Source: Candidatus Glassbacteria bacterium (lineage in GTDB: Bacteria; Gemmatimonadota; Glassbacteria; GWA2-58-10). From it: a DNA stretch of 64,000 bases. A model generated the notes under the pieces. It searched no databases. It was given only the letters and a program-made list of their open reading frames with translations, and was not told the DNA's origin. This document shows, in pieces, positions 18,790 through 28,179 of the stretch. The position numbers and the translations under genes were made by a program. Numbering within the stretch: the stretch's first letter is position 1; every line of letters begins with the position of its first letter. The stretch spans positions 449,225 to 513,224 of the forward strand of contig CAVVYO010000004.1 in the NCBI GenBank assembly GCA_963752515.1, written 5' to 3'.

Positions 18790-20274
18790 ATGACCAGCCA
18801 ACGTCTCACTGTCGCCGCCGGAGCCTTGATCCTGATGCTCGCCGCCCTGTCGCTGGCGGTGTTCCAGGCGCGGGCCGGGGAACCGGCCGAGCGCCGCGAC
18901 CCCCGGGAGCGGTTGCCGAAACCGCTGCCGCATCTCGACCACTCGGCGTTCTTCCAGCAGCCGTTCGCGGATGGCCCCGCGGTGACCCGGGCCTGCCTGG
19001 AGTGCCACCAGTCGGCGGCCCGCGAGGTAATGGCCACCTCCCACTGGACCTGGCTCGGGCCTGAGACCGTCCTGCCCGGGCGCACGGAGCCGGTGCGGAT
19101 CGGCAAGCGGAACTCGATCAACAACTACTGCATCGGGATCCAGTCCAACTGGCCGGCCTGCACCTCCTGCCACGCCGGCTATGGCTGGCGGGATGCCGGC
19201 TTCGATTTCAGCGACCAGCACCAGGTCGACTGCCTGATCTGCCACGACCGGACCGGCAGCTACCGCAAGCAGCCCGGCGGCGCCGGGCTGACGGCCCCGG
19301 AAGTGGACCTGCTGACTGTCGCCCGCCAGGTGGGACGTCCCGGCCGCCAGAACTGCGGCTACTGCCATTTCGCCGGCGGCGGCGGGGATGCGGTCAAGCA
19401 TGGCGACCTGGATGGCTCGATGTACCATCCCACCGCCCGGATCGACTTCCACATGGGCGACCACATGAACGCCCCGGATTTCGCCTGCCAGGACTGCCAC
19501 CGTACCCGCCGCCACGCGATCGCCGGCGCCTCGATGACTTTCGGCAGCGCGGCCGAGGAGCGGATCGGCTGCGGCGACTGCCATGGGGAGGCCCCCCATC
19601 ACAGCGACCGCCTCAACGCCCATACCGCGCGGGTGGCCTGCCAGAGCTGCCATATCCCCCGGATGGCGGTCGATACCCCGACCAAGCTCGCCTGGGACTG
19701 GTCCGAGGCCGGCCAGGACCGCCCGGAGGACCCGCACCACTACCTGAAGATCAAGGGCGCGTTCACTTACGGCCGGAACGTGATCCCCGAGTACTACTGG
19801 TTCAACGGCCAGGGGGACCACTACCTGCCGGGCGACCCGATCGACCCGCAGGAGGTGACCGCGCTCAACCGCCCGTTGGGCGAACGGGAAGATTCGAGTG
19901 CGAAGCTCTACCCGTTCAAGGTCCATCGCGGCAAACAGCTCTACGACTCTCAACACCGCTACCTGCTGGTGCCCAAGACCTACGGCGAGGGCGGCTACTG
20001 GACCGAGTTCGACTGGGACCGGGCCGCGCGCCTGGGGGCCGAGGCTACCGGGCTGGCCTACAGCGGCCAGTACGGGTTCGCCGATACCGAAATGTACTGG
20101 GTGCTCACCCACATGGTGGCCCCCCGCGATAAATCCCTGCAGTGCCTGGACTGTCACGGGAAGCAGGGGCGGCTGGACTGGGAGCGGCTGGGCTACGCGG
20201 GCGATCCGGCCTGGCGCAGCCCCGCATTCCTGGCCCGCCTCTATCCCGGCAAAACCGCGGAGGAGCAGGAATGA
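18790..20274 (+). CDS. Octaheme c-type cytochrome, tetrathionate-reductase (Otr) family
   Basis: Signal peptide plus eight CXXCH motifs (CLECH, CTSCH, CLICH, CGYCH, CQDCH, CGDCH, CQSCH, CLDCH). Size (~490 aa) and motif spacing are as in Otr-type octahemes. Confidence 0.8.
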   Translation: MTSQRLTVAAGALILMLAALSLAVFQARAGEPAERRDPRERLPKPLPHLDHSAFFQQPFADGPAVTRACLECHQSAAREVMATSHWTWLGPETVLPGRTEPVRIGKRNSINNYCIGIQSNWPACTSCHAGYGWRDAGFDFSDQHQVDCLICHDRTGSYRKQPGGAGLTAPEVDLLTVARQVGRPGRQNCGYCHFAGGGGDAVKHGDLDGSMYHPTARIDFHMGDHMNAPDFACQDCHRTRRHAIAGASMTFGSAAEERIGCGDCHGEAPHHSDRLNAHTARVACQSCHIPRMAVDTPTKLAWDWSEAGQDRPEDPHHYLKIKGAFTYGRNVIPEYYWFNGQGDHYLPGDPIDPQEVTALNRPLGEREDSSAKLYPFKVHRGKQLYDSQHRYLLVPKTYGEGGYWTEFDWDRAARLGAEATGLAYSGQYGFADTEMYWVLTHMVAPRDKSLQCLDCHGKQGRLDWERLGYAGDPAWRSPAFLARLYPGKTAEEQE

Positions 20275-22298
20275 TCGGTCGTGCCCTGGCCCTGGGCCTG
20301 GGGATCCTGGCGCTGTCCGGCCCGCCGCCGCTGCGCTGCCAGCATCCCCCGCTCTACCTGCTGGATGCCGATGGCGAAAGCGTGCTGGCCTCCGGCGGGC
20401 CGGTCTCCCCGGCCCAGACCTGCGGGATGTGCCACGATGTGGAGTTCATCGCCGGGCACAGCTACCATGCCGCCCTCGGTTTCGATGAGCAGTTCGAGCC
20501 CGGGGAACGCCCCGGCTACCATCCCTGGGACTTCAGCCCCGGGCCGTTCGGCCGCTGGGACCCGCTCACCTACCGATGGCTGACCCCGGCCGGGGATGAA
20601 GCGCGTTTCGACCTGGGGGTCGCCGACTGGGTCCGCACCTATGGCCGCCGTCACGTGGGCGGCGGGCCGGCGCTCTATACCCGGGAGGGCGGACTGCTCT
20701 CCGAGCTGCTGCCCGGGGAGGGGCTGCCGGTGGAAAGCATGGTGCTGGACTCCGCCAGCGGCGAGCCGGGGCCCTGGGACTGGCGGGCCTCGGGCGGCGT
20801 GGAGCTCAACTGCCTGCTCTGCCACCTGACAGAGGCCGACAATGCCGCCCGGGTGCGGGAGCTGGAGGCCGGGCGTTTCCGCTGGGCCGCCACCGCCACC
20901 CTCGCCGCGGCCACCGGCCTGGCCGCCCCGGCCGACAGCGGCTGGAGCTGGAACCCGCAGGCCTTCCTGGATGAGGACGGGATGGTCGAGCTGGCCCTGG
21001 GCCAGCCGGAGGATGCCAACTGCGCGGTCTGCCATACCCGGGTCCATCTCGGGGAGGAGCCCCTGAGCTTCCGGCCCGACCTGGATCGCCGCGAGACCGC
21101 CACCTGGGGCAGGATCACCTCGCCGCGCCGCATCTCCGAGTCGGCGCTCAACCTGGCCGGGCGGGACAGCCTGGACCGGCCCTGGTCGATCCACACCGAG
21201 CGCCTGCTGAGCTGTGTCAACTGCCACTTCGCCCCCAACAACCCCGATTTCGCCGCGCCCGGCGATTCCCTGGCCCCGGATCGCGATGAGTTCATCCAGA
21301 CCCCGGATCACAATTTCGCCAAGGGCTGGAGCGCCGCCTCCCACCTGGCCGACAGCCTGGATGGCTCGATGCGCCGTTGCGAGGCCTGCCACCCGGCGCA
21401 GGAAATCGCGGGGAAACACTTCTACTTCGCGCGCCACTCCCGCGCCCTCTCCTGCGAGGCCTGCCACATCCCGCGGGTCTACTACCCGCCGCTGATGATG
21501 GTCGACTGGACCGTGCCAGACTCTTCCGGCGGGCCCGGCCTGATCTACCGCGGAGTGCGGGGCGACCCGCGCCAGAGCACGGCGCTGATCGAGGGCTACC
21601 GGCCCTTGCTGGCGGGACGGAAGCTGGAGCCGGAAACCCGGGAGGGCCCGGTGCGGCTGTTCCCCCACAACCTGGTCGCGAGCTGGTACTGGGTGGGGGG
21701 CGACCCGCCCCGGCCGGTGCGGCGGCATGACCTGCGGCGGGCGCTGTTCCCGGAGGATGGCTCGGGCGGCTACCGCCCGGAGCTGATCCGGGCCCTGGAC
21801 CGCGATGGTGACAGTCGCCTGGACCAGGCCGAGCTGCGGCTGGACACCCCGGAGCGGGTGGCGGCGGTGCGCGATCTGCTGGAGCGCTCCGGAGTGGAAA
21901 CGCCCCGGATCGCGGCCGAAATGCAGCCCTACAGCATCCATCACGATGAGGCCGGCCACCCCTGGGCGGTCCGCAACTGCCGGGAGTGCCACCACCGCGA
22001 CTCCCGTCTCGGGACCCCATTGCTGGTGGCCCCCTACCTGCCGGGCGGGGAGCTGCCGAAACCGGCCACTCCCACCAATGCCGTGCTGCCCGAGAGCTTC
22101 GAGCGAGATGCGGATGGCGCCCTGTACTACCGGCCCCGTACCGCCGCCGCCAACATCTATGTCCTGGGCCACAACCGCCTGTTCTGGATCGACGGGATCG
22201 GGATCGCGCTGGTGCTGGCCACGCTGGCCGCGGTGGCGGCGCATGCCTCTCTGCGCTACATCTCTTACCGCCGGCGCAAAGCGCGGGAGGGCGAATGA
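20271..22298 (+). CDS. Membrane-anchored heptaheme c-type cytochrome
   Basis: The start ATG overlaps the upstream stop (ATGA). It has a signal peptide and seven CXXCH motifs (CGMCH, CLLCH, CAVCH, CVNCH, CEACH x2, CRECH). It also has an EF-hand-like loop DRDGDSRLDQAE and a C-terminal TM helix (IGIALVLATLAAVAAHASL). Confidence 0.8.
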   Translation: MIGRALALGLGILALSGPPPLRCQHPPLYLLDADGESVLASGGPVSPAQTCGMCHDVEFIAGHSYHAALGFDEQFEPGERPGYHPWDFSPGPFGRWDPLTYRWLTPAGDEARFDLGVADWVRTYGRRHVGGGPALYTREGGLLSELLPGEGLPVESMVLDSASGEPGPWDWRASGGVELNCLLCHLTEADNAARVRELEAGRFRWAATATLAAATGLAAPADSGWSWNPQAFLDEDGMVELALGQPEDANCAVCHTRVHLGEEPLSFRPDLDRRETATWGRITSPRRISESALNLAGRDSLDRPWSIHTERLLSCVNCHFAPNNPDFAAPGDSLAPDRDEFIQTPDHNFAKGWSAASHLADSLDGSMRRCEACHPAQEIAGKHFYFARHSRALSCEACHIPRVYYPPLMMVDWTVPDSSGGPGLIYRGVRGDPRQSTALIEGYRPLLAGRKLEPETREGPVRLFPHNLVASWYWVGGDPPRPVRRHDLRRALFPEDGSGGYRPELIRALDRDGDSRLDQAELRLDTPERVAAVRDLLERSGVETPRIAAEMQPYSIHHDEAGHPWAVRNCRECHHRDSRLGTPLLVAPYLPGGELPKPATPTNAVLPESFERDADGALYYRPRTAAANIYVLGHNRLFWIDGIGIALVLATLAAVAAHASLRYISYRRRKAREGE

Positions 22299-22909
22299 AC
22301 GAAAAAGTCTACCTGTTCAGCCTCTACGAGCGCATCTGGCACTGGCTGCAGGCGATGGTGATGGTGCTGCTGGTGCTCTCCGGCCTGGCGATCCATCTGC
22401 CGGAGTTCCTCGGCCGGCTGCCTTACCTGCAACTGGTGCGCCTGCACAACCTGCTGGCGGTGGTGCTGGTGGCCAATGCCCTGTTCGCCCTGATCTACCA
22501 CCTGGCGACCGGCAAGATCAGGCAGTTCCTCCCCCGCGAGGAAAACTACCTGGGCCTGGTGGTGATGGTCGCGATCTACTACCTGCGCGGGATCTTCCGG
22601 GGCGAGCGCGCTCCCTATACCCGCGACCCGGAGCACAAGCTCAACCCCCTGCAGCGGCTGGCCTACCTGGGAGTGCTCAATTTCCTGCTGCCGTTCCAGG
22701 TGGCGACCGGCTTCCTGCTCTGGGCCGCCCAGCGCTGGCCGGCGGCGGTCGACAGCCTGCTGCCGCTCTCCCTGCTGGGGATGGCTCACACCCTGGGCTC
22801 CTGGCTGTTCATCACTTTCCTGATCGCCCATGTCTACATGACCACCACCGGGCCGACGCCCACCTCCTACCTCCGGACGATGATCACCGGCTGGGAGGAG
22901 CGGCACTGA
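22295..22909 (+). CDS. Di-heme cytochrome b membrane subunit (PhsC/FdnI/HybB-like, cytochrome b561 family)
   Basis: ATGA overlap with the upstream gene. ~204 aa with four predicted TM helices and conserved His residues (ERIWHWLQ, RLHNLL, AHTLGSW, IAHVYM), typical of quinol-interacting b-type subunits. Confidence 0.7.
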   Translation: MNEKVYLFSLYERIWHWLQAMVMVLLVLSGLAIHLPEFLGRLPYLQLVRLHNLLAVVLVANALFALIYHLATGKIRQFLPREENYLGLVVMVAIYYLRGIFRGERAPYTRDPEHKLNPLQRLAYLGVLNFLLPFQVATGFLLWAAQRWPAAVDSLLPLSLLGMAHTLGSWLFITFLIAHVYMTTTGPTPTSYLRTMITGWEERH

Positions 22910-22936
22910 GCGCCCGGCTGTCGCGGAGCATCGAAG

Positions 22937-23461
22937 ATGGAACAGGCAACCAAGAAAAAGACTTACATGAATCCCTACCTGGCCGGGGTGCTGCTGGGCC
23001 TGGTGCTGCTGGCCTCGTTCGTGGTCACCGGGCATGGCGTGGGAGCCTCGGGCGGGCTGGCGCGGCTCCTGGCCGGCGGGCTGGACCTGGTGGCTTCCTC
23101 CCATGTCGACCGGACCGCCGACTGGGCCGAGCTGGCCGGCGGCGCCCGCAACCCTTACAATCACTGGCTGGTCTGGGGCATCCTGGGGACCATCGCCGGG
23201 GGGTTTGTCTCCGGGCTGCTCGGCGGCCGGATCAAGCTGGAAACCTACCGCGGCCCGCGCCTGTCCTCCGGCCGCCGCTGGCTGATGGCGTTCCTGGGCG
23301 GCATCCTGGTGGGTTTCGGGGCCCGGCTGGCCCGCGGCTGCACCTCGGGACAGGCCCTGAGCGGCGGCGCGGTGCTCTCGGTCGGGAGCTGGGCGTTCAT
23401 GCTGGCGGTGTTCGCCGGGGGTTACCTGCTGGCGATCCCGGTCCGCAAACTCTGGAACTGA
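22937..23461 (+). CDS. YeeE/YedE-family sulfur-compound transporter half
   Basis: 174-aa polytopic membrane protein with the characteristic ARLARGCTSGQALSG motif. Confidence 0.8.
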   Translation: MEQATKKKTYMNPYLAGVLLGLVLLASFVVTGHGVGASGGLARLLAGGLDLVASSHVDRTADWAELAGGARNPYNHWLVWGILGTIAGGFVSGLLGGRIKLETYRGPRLSSGRRWLMAFLGGILVGFGARLARGCTSGQALSGGAVLSVGSWAFMLAVFAGGYLLAIPVRKLWN

Positions 23462-23479
23462 AAGCGGGAGGATCGACCC

Positions 23480-24730
23480 ATGCTGCCACTGGCCCCTGAG
23501 CTCACCGGCGCCCTGGGAGCGATCGCGATCAGCCTGGCGATCGGCTTCCTGTTCGGCTTCTCCCTGGAGCGGGCCGGTTTCGGCGATTCCCGCAAGCTGG
23601 CCGCCCAGTTCTACCTGCACGACATGACCGTCTTCAAGGTAATGTTCACCGCGATTGTCACCGCGATGGTGCTGCTGTTCACCCTGGGCGGGCTCGGGCT
23701 GGTGGACCTGGCCCGGATCTGGGTCAACCCGACCTACCTCTGGCCGGGAATCCTCGGCGGGCTGGTGCTGGGGATGGGCTTCATCATCGGCGGCTACTGC
23801 CCGGGGACCGCGGTGGTGTCGCTGGCGACCCTCAAGCTGGATGGGCTGTTCTTCATCCTCGGAGTGCTGGCCGGGATTTTCGCGTTCGCCGAAACCCTCC
23901 CATTGTTCCAGGGCTTCTACCACCACGCCGGCAACTTCGGGACCATCACCCTGCCCGATCTGCTGGGGCTGACAGCCGGACCGGTGGCGGCCGCGGTGGC
24001 GGTGATGGCCCTGATAGCTTTCATCGGCGCGGAAAAGGTCGAGCGCCTGGCGTTGGCCCGCCGCGAGGCCGGACTGCCCGGGCCCATCCCGGCCGCCGCC
24101 CTGCGGCTGCTCCCCCGGCGGGGGCTGTCGCTGGCCCTGGTCGGGATGGCGGCCCTGGTGCTGTTTGTCGGCCGGGCCACCCCGCAGGACCGCCTGGCCC
24201 GGCTCGAGCCCGCCCTGGACCGGGAACTGGCCGGCCGCGCCGCGCAGCTCCATCCCGGCGAGCTGCTGGGCCTGATGCACAACAACCGCCTGCGCCTGTT
24301 GCTGGTGGATGTGCGCCCCGAGGCCGACTACAACCTGTTCCACCTGCGGGATGCGCAGCGGGTGCCATTGGCGGCGATGACCCCGACCTGGGTGCGCGCG
24401 GTCCCGCCCGAGGCGGTGGTGGTGCTGGTCTCCAATGGCGAGCCCCGGGCGGAAGCGGCCTGGAAGTGGCTGCGCTCCCAGGGGCTGGCCAATGTCTACC
24501 TGCTGGAGGGCGGGCTCAACCGCTGGCTGGAAATCTTCGGAGCGGGGACGGCCACTCCCTTGCACCCAGTGCCCGGGGATGCGGAAGCCCTGCGTTTCAC
24601 CCTCCCGCTGGCCGCGGGCGACCACAGCGGGCCTGCCGCTCCTCCGGCGGATTTTCCCGGGGTGGGCGGGTTCACCGCCAAGGTCAAAGCGCTCCAGGCG
24701 GTCCCGGTGGCCGGCGGCGGCTGCGGGTAA
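23480..24730 (+). CDS. YeeE/YedE-family transporter half fused to a C-terminal rhodanese-like domain
   Basis: The N-terminal half has a GGYCPGTA motif and TM helices. The C-terminus (LLLVDVRPEADYNLFHLRDAQRVP...VVVLVSNGEPRAEAAWKWLRSQGLANVYLLEGGLNRW) has a rhodanese fold with Ser at the catalytic Cys position. Confidence 0.8.
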   Translation: MLPLAPELTGALGAIAISLAIGFLFGFSLERAGFGDSRKLAAQFYLHDMTVFKVMFTAIVTAMVLLFTLGGLGLVDLARIWVNPTYLWPGILGGLVLGMGFIIGGYCPGTAVVSLATLKLDGLFFILGVLAGIFAFAETLPLFQGFYHHAGNFGTITLPDLLGLTAGPVAAAVAVMALIAFIGAEKVERLALARREAGLPGPIPAAALRLLPRRGLSLALVGMAALVLFVGRATPQDRLARLEPALDRELAGRAAQLHPGELLGLMHNNRLRLLLVDVRPEADYNLFHLRDAQRVPLAAMTPTWVRAVPPEAVVVLVSNGEPRAEAAWKWLRSQGLANVYLLEGGLNRWLEIFGAGTATPLHPVPGDAEALRFTLPLAAGDHSGPAAPPADFPGVGGFTAKVKALQAVPVAGGGCG

Positions 24731-24781
24731 TCCCGGCGCTCATGCCAATTCGACAACTGCACTGTCAAGACCAGAGCTGTT

Positions 24782-24863
24782 CCGGGGGGAGGGCGGAAAC
24801 CTTTTGAAAAAGGTTTCCGCCCTCCCCCCGGACCCCCTTCCCACCTTCCCAAACTTTTTCGAT
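24782..24863 (-). repeat. Family-A intergenic hairpin element, copy 3 (inverted)
   Basis: GGGGGGAGGGCGGAAACCTTTT/AAAAGGTTTCCGCCCTCCCCCC hairpin followed by CCCTTCCCACCTTCCCAAACTTTTTCGAT. Confidence 0.85.
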
Positions 24864-25015
24864 ATTCAAGGCTGCATCTCGGACCGTAATCCGGAGTGAG
24901 TGCATCACGCCCTCCCGGTCCGCCCTGCCCGTTGACCCCGTTCCCTCCGCCGATTATCTTCTTCCCAGCCTTCCGACCGCCGGTTTCCCACATCTTACTT
25001 GCCCGAGGAGCCTCC

Positions 25016-26218
25016 ATGCCGAAGCCATTCGTGATCCCGCTCCTGTCGCTGCTGGTCATCGCGGCCGGCATCCTCCACGCCCAGGGCCCGCTCGACCTGA
25101 CATCGCTGGCCGAGATCAAGCCCCAGGTCCGCAGCCTGCGGACCTCGAGCTACGACACCACCGGCGGCAACGCCGACTACCTGGGCATCCCGGCCGGGGC
25201 CACCCGCGAAATCTTCCGCGCGGAAGGAGCGGGCCAGATCACCCACCTCTGGGTGACAATCAACCACGATGACCCGCTCTCCCGTCGCAACCTGATCCTG
25301 CGGATGTACTGGGATGGCGAGCGCGAGCCCAGTGTCCAGGCTCCGATCGGCGATTTCTTCGGCCAGGGCTGGGGCGAGTTCTACGAGTACGCCACGCCCT
25401 GGCTCTCCAGCGGCCCCGGCCTCGGAAGGGCGATGGTCTGCTACCTGCCGATGCCGTTCGCCAGAGGGGCCCGGATCACGGTGGAGAACGACTCCGAGAG
25501 CGAGGTGCATGCTTTCTACTACTATGTCGACTACGAGGCCCACGACCGCATCCCCGAGAACCTCGGCCGCTTCCACGCCTGGTGGAACCACGAGCTGACC
25601 GAGGCCGCCCCCGGGGGCGAGAACGAGTGGGGCGTCCTCGGCGAGCCCGGCAAGAACACCACCGGCCGGGACAACTACCTGTTCATGCAGACCACCGGGG
25701 CCGGCCAGTTCATCGGGGTCAACTACTATGTCAACTGCCCGAGCCCGATGTGGTACGGCGAGGGCGACGACATGTTCTTCATCGATGGCGGCCAGTGGCC
25801 GACCCCGCTGCACGGCACCGGCAGCGAGGACTACTTCAACATGAGCTGGTGCCCGAGCACCTTCTACCAGCACCCGTTCTACGGGCTGGTGCGGCCCGGC
25901 GGCCAGACCGGCTGGCTCGGACGCACCCACTGCTACCGGTTCCACGTGCCGGACCCGGTGCGGTTCTCCAAGTCGCTGCGGGCGACCATCGAGCATGGGC
26001 ATGACAACAACCTGACCCTGGAGATCGCCTCGGTGGCCTACTGGTACCAGAGCGAGCCGCACCAACCATTCCCGGCGATCCAGCCGCGCGCGCAGCGACA
26101 GCCCTTGCCGGTGATCGGCAGCACCGACCTCCACCTCTGGCGCGATGCCTGGCGCAGGCAGCAGGGCGGCGGCCGCACCCTGTGGGGCAACGAGCCGCTC
26201 CAGCCCAAGCAGCCCTGA
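25016..26218 (+). CDS. DUF2961 / glycoside hydrolase family 172-like secreted protein
   Basis: GAGGAG SD before the ATG at 25016, and a signal peptide. Motifs ITHLWVT, LRMYWDGE, IGDFFG, FYYYVDY and GTGSEDYFN are typical of DUF2961. Confidence 0.7.
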   Translation: MPKPFVIPLLSLLVIAAGILHAQGPLDLTSLAEIKPQVRSLRTSSYDTTGGNADYLGIPAGATREIFRAEGAGQITHLWVTINHDDPLSRRNLILRMYWDGEREPSVQAPIGDFFGQGWGEFYEYATPWLSSGPGLGRAMVCYLPMPFARGARITVENDSESEVHAFYYYVDYEAHDRIPENLGRFHAWWNHELTEAAPGGENEWGVLGEPGKNTTGRDNYLFMQTTGAGQFIGVNYYVNCPSPMWYGEGDDMFFIDGGQWPTPLHGTGSEDYFNMSWCPSTFYQHPFYGLVRPGGQTGWLGRTHCYRFHVPDPVRFSKSLRATIEHGHDNNLTLEIASVAYWYQSEPHQPFPAIQPRAQRQPLPVIGSTDLHLWRDAWRRQQGGGRTLWGNEPLQPKQP

Positions 26219-26264
26219 TCGAAGATTCGCCGAGCGACCACCATCAATCAGCATGGGAGGGGAC

Positions 26265-28037
26265 ATGGTCAACTGGGAGCAGTCGCTGTTCACGGCCCCG
26301 GATCAGCTCCGGCTCGATCCGGATCAGATCGTGCTGGTGGCCAGCGGGGACCGCCGCACCACCGCCAACCTGGCCGGCCAGGCCGCCCAGCTCGAGTGCG
26401 AGCGCCAGTTGCGCCAGGCGTTCGCCGGCCTGGGCAAGCGCCTGGTGCGGGCCCATCCCGAGCTCGACCCGCGGCTCGGTCATGGCTTCATCCAGACCCA
26501 GGCCCAGGGCCGGGACATTTTCGCCCGGATTCCCCGGTCGGCCCCGCTGGTGGTGGCCGAGGCGGTCTGGCAGTATTCCAACCACGTGGTCTACAACCTC
26601 TGGGAGCACCAGGGCCCGATCCTGGTCGCCTCCAATTTCGATGGCGCCTGGCCCGGGCTGGTGGGGGCGCTCGGGCTGGAGGCCTGCCTGACCCGCCACC
26701 GTTTCGCGGACCGCCAGGCCGGGCATTCCATCGTGTGGAGCAGCGAGCGGTTCCAGGACCGGGAGGCGCTGGGCAAGCTCGGCCAGTGGCTCGACAGCGG
26801 CAGGGTGCGCCACGACCTGTCGCACGCGCGGAGGTTCGATCCGCGCGACCATGCCGCGTACGCCGCGGCGCTGGAGTTCGGGGCCCGGGCGGCGGAGCAG
26901 TTTCGTTCCCGGCCGCGGCTGATGGGCCTCTACGATCCGCTGTGCATGGGGATGGTCAACGCCGCGTTCGATGAGCGCGACCTGGCGGGGACCGGGGTGC
27001 AACTGGTGCGCCTCAACCAGTCCGAGCTCTGGGCGCGGATGCAGGAGGTCCCGCCCCGCGAGGCGCTGGGCTACATCAAGTGGCTGATCGACCGCGGCTT
27101 CCGGCTCAAGGTCGGGGCCGACCCATTCCGGGAGATCACCGAGAAGGCGGTGCTGCACTCCGGCCAGATGTACGGGGCGATGGTCCGGCATGTCGCCGAG
27201 GAGGGGCTGGACAATGTGGGGATCGCCTACCAGCTCGGGTTGGCGCGGCTGTGCGCGGCCTCGGACCTGGTGGAGGCGATGCTCAACTCCTCGGAGCGCC
27301 CGCCGGTGGAGTACCGCGGGGAGATCGTCCGCGGCGGGGAGGCGATCCCCTGCGCCAACGAGGCCGACATGGGCTGCGCCCTGGACCAGGCCCTGACCGC
27401 GTTCCTCTGCCGGGGAGCCGGCCTGGCCCCGGTCTGGCGCGAGACCACCCAGCACGATGTGCGCTGGGGCGACCGCTACACCGGGCGGGCCACTTTCCGC
27501 GGGACCGCGCTGGAGGTGGATGCTTTCATCTGGGCGTTCGAGCTGTCCGGCAACACCCCGGCCGGTCACATGGAGCGCGGCTGGGCGGACTTCGAGGGCG
27601 TGCGCCAGGCCTATGAGTATTTTGTCGAGAACGGGATCGCCACCAAGGGCCTGACCCGCTCGGGAGAGCTGGTCTGGAGCCGGGTTTACCTCGATGGCGG
27701 CCGCCTGTGCCTGGACCTGGGGCGCGGCGCGGCGCTGGAGCTGCCCGAGCAGGAGAGCCTGCGCCGCTGGAAAGCCACCACCGAGGAGTGGCCGCTGATG
27801 CACGCCCTGCTCTATGGGGTCTCGCGCGACCAGTTGATGGCCAAGCACAAGTCGAACCACATCACGGTGCACTATGCCCCGGATGCGGCCACCGCCGAGG
27901 AGCTGGTCATGGCCAAGGCGGCGATGGCCCAGACCCTGGGGTTCGAGGTGAACCTCTGCGGGAGCCTCGCCCGCGAGGCCAGCCTGGAGCACAAGTGCGC
28001 CCATGGCCAGGCGGTCGAGGGTCCCTTCGAGCGCTGA
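26265..28037 (+). CDS. Putative sugar isomerase (L-fucose/L-arabinose isomerase-like fold); family assignment tentative
   Basis: Clean 590-aa ORF with a GGGAGGGG SD. The N-terminal Rossmann-like part (IVLVASGDRR..., ILVASNFDGAWPGLVG) and the overall size resemble FucI-like isomerases. This is recognised from memory only, not searched. Confidence 0.5.
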   Translation: MVNWEQSLFTAPDQLRLDPDQIVLVASGDRRTTANLAGQAAQLECERQLRQAFAGLGKRLVRAHPELDPRLGHGFIQTQAQGRDIFARIPRSAPLVVAEAVWQYSNHVVYNLWEHQGPILVASNFDGAWPGLVGALGLEACLTRHRFADRQAGHSIVWSSERFQDREALGKLGQWLDSGRVRHDLSHARRFDPRDHAAYAAALEFGARAAEQFRSRPRLMGLYDPLCMGMVNAAFDERDLAGTGVQLVRLNQSELWARMQEVPPREALGYIKWLIDRGFRLKVGADPFREITEKAVLHSGQMYGAMVRHVAEEGLDNVGIAYQLGLARLCAASDLVEAMLNSSERPPVEYRGEIVRGGEAIPCANEADMGCALDQALTAFLCRGAGLAPVWRETTQHDVRWGDRYTGRATFRGTALEVDAFIWAFELSGNTPAGHMERGWADFEGVRQAYEYFVENGIATKGLTRSGELVWSRVYLDGGRLCLDLGRGAALELPEQESLRRWKATTEEWPLMHALLYGVSRDQLMAKHKSNHITVHYAPDAATAEELVMAKAAMAQTLGFEVNLCGSLAREASLEHKCAHGQAVEGPFER

Positions 28038-28055
28038 ATCCGCCGCGATAATACA

Positions 28056-28131
28056 CGGGGGAGGGAGGAAATCCCGACCAACGGGATTTCCTCCCTCCCC
28101 GTGCCCCCGCTCTCTTTCCCAAACTTTTTGC
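28056..28131 (-). repeat. Family-A intergenic hairpin element, copy 4 (inverted)
   Basis: CGGGGGAGGGAGGAAATCCCG-ACCAA-CGGGATTTCCTCCCTCCCCG hairpin followed by ...TTTCCCAAACTTTTTGCGG. It lies between convergent genes. Confidence 0.8.
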
Positions 28132-28179
28132 GGATCTGGCTGGTGTGTTGATCCCGAGTCCGGGGAGCAAAGTCCCGGC

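Noticed and set aside
20142-20270. Upstream extension of the heptaheme cytochrome ORF (ORF-track start 20142), and similar extensions at 15756, 24896, 26145, 30171, 31529, 35814, 36630, 46326, 51225 and 63418
   Set aside because: In each case an internal start gives a signal peptide, lipobox or canonical N-terminus, is preceded by an SD-like sequence, or forms an ATGA overlap with the upstream gene. The extensions overlap neighbouring genes or repeats.
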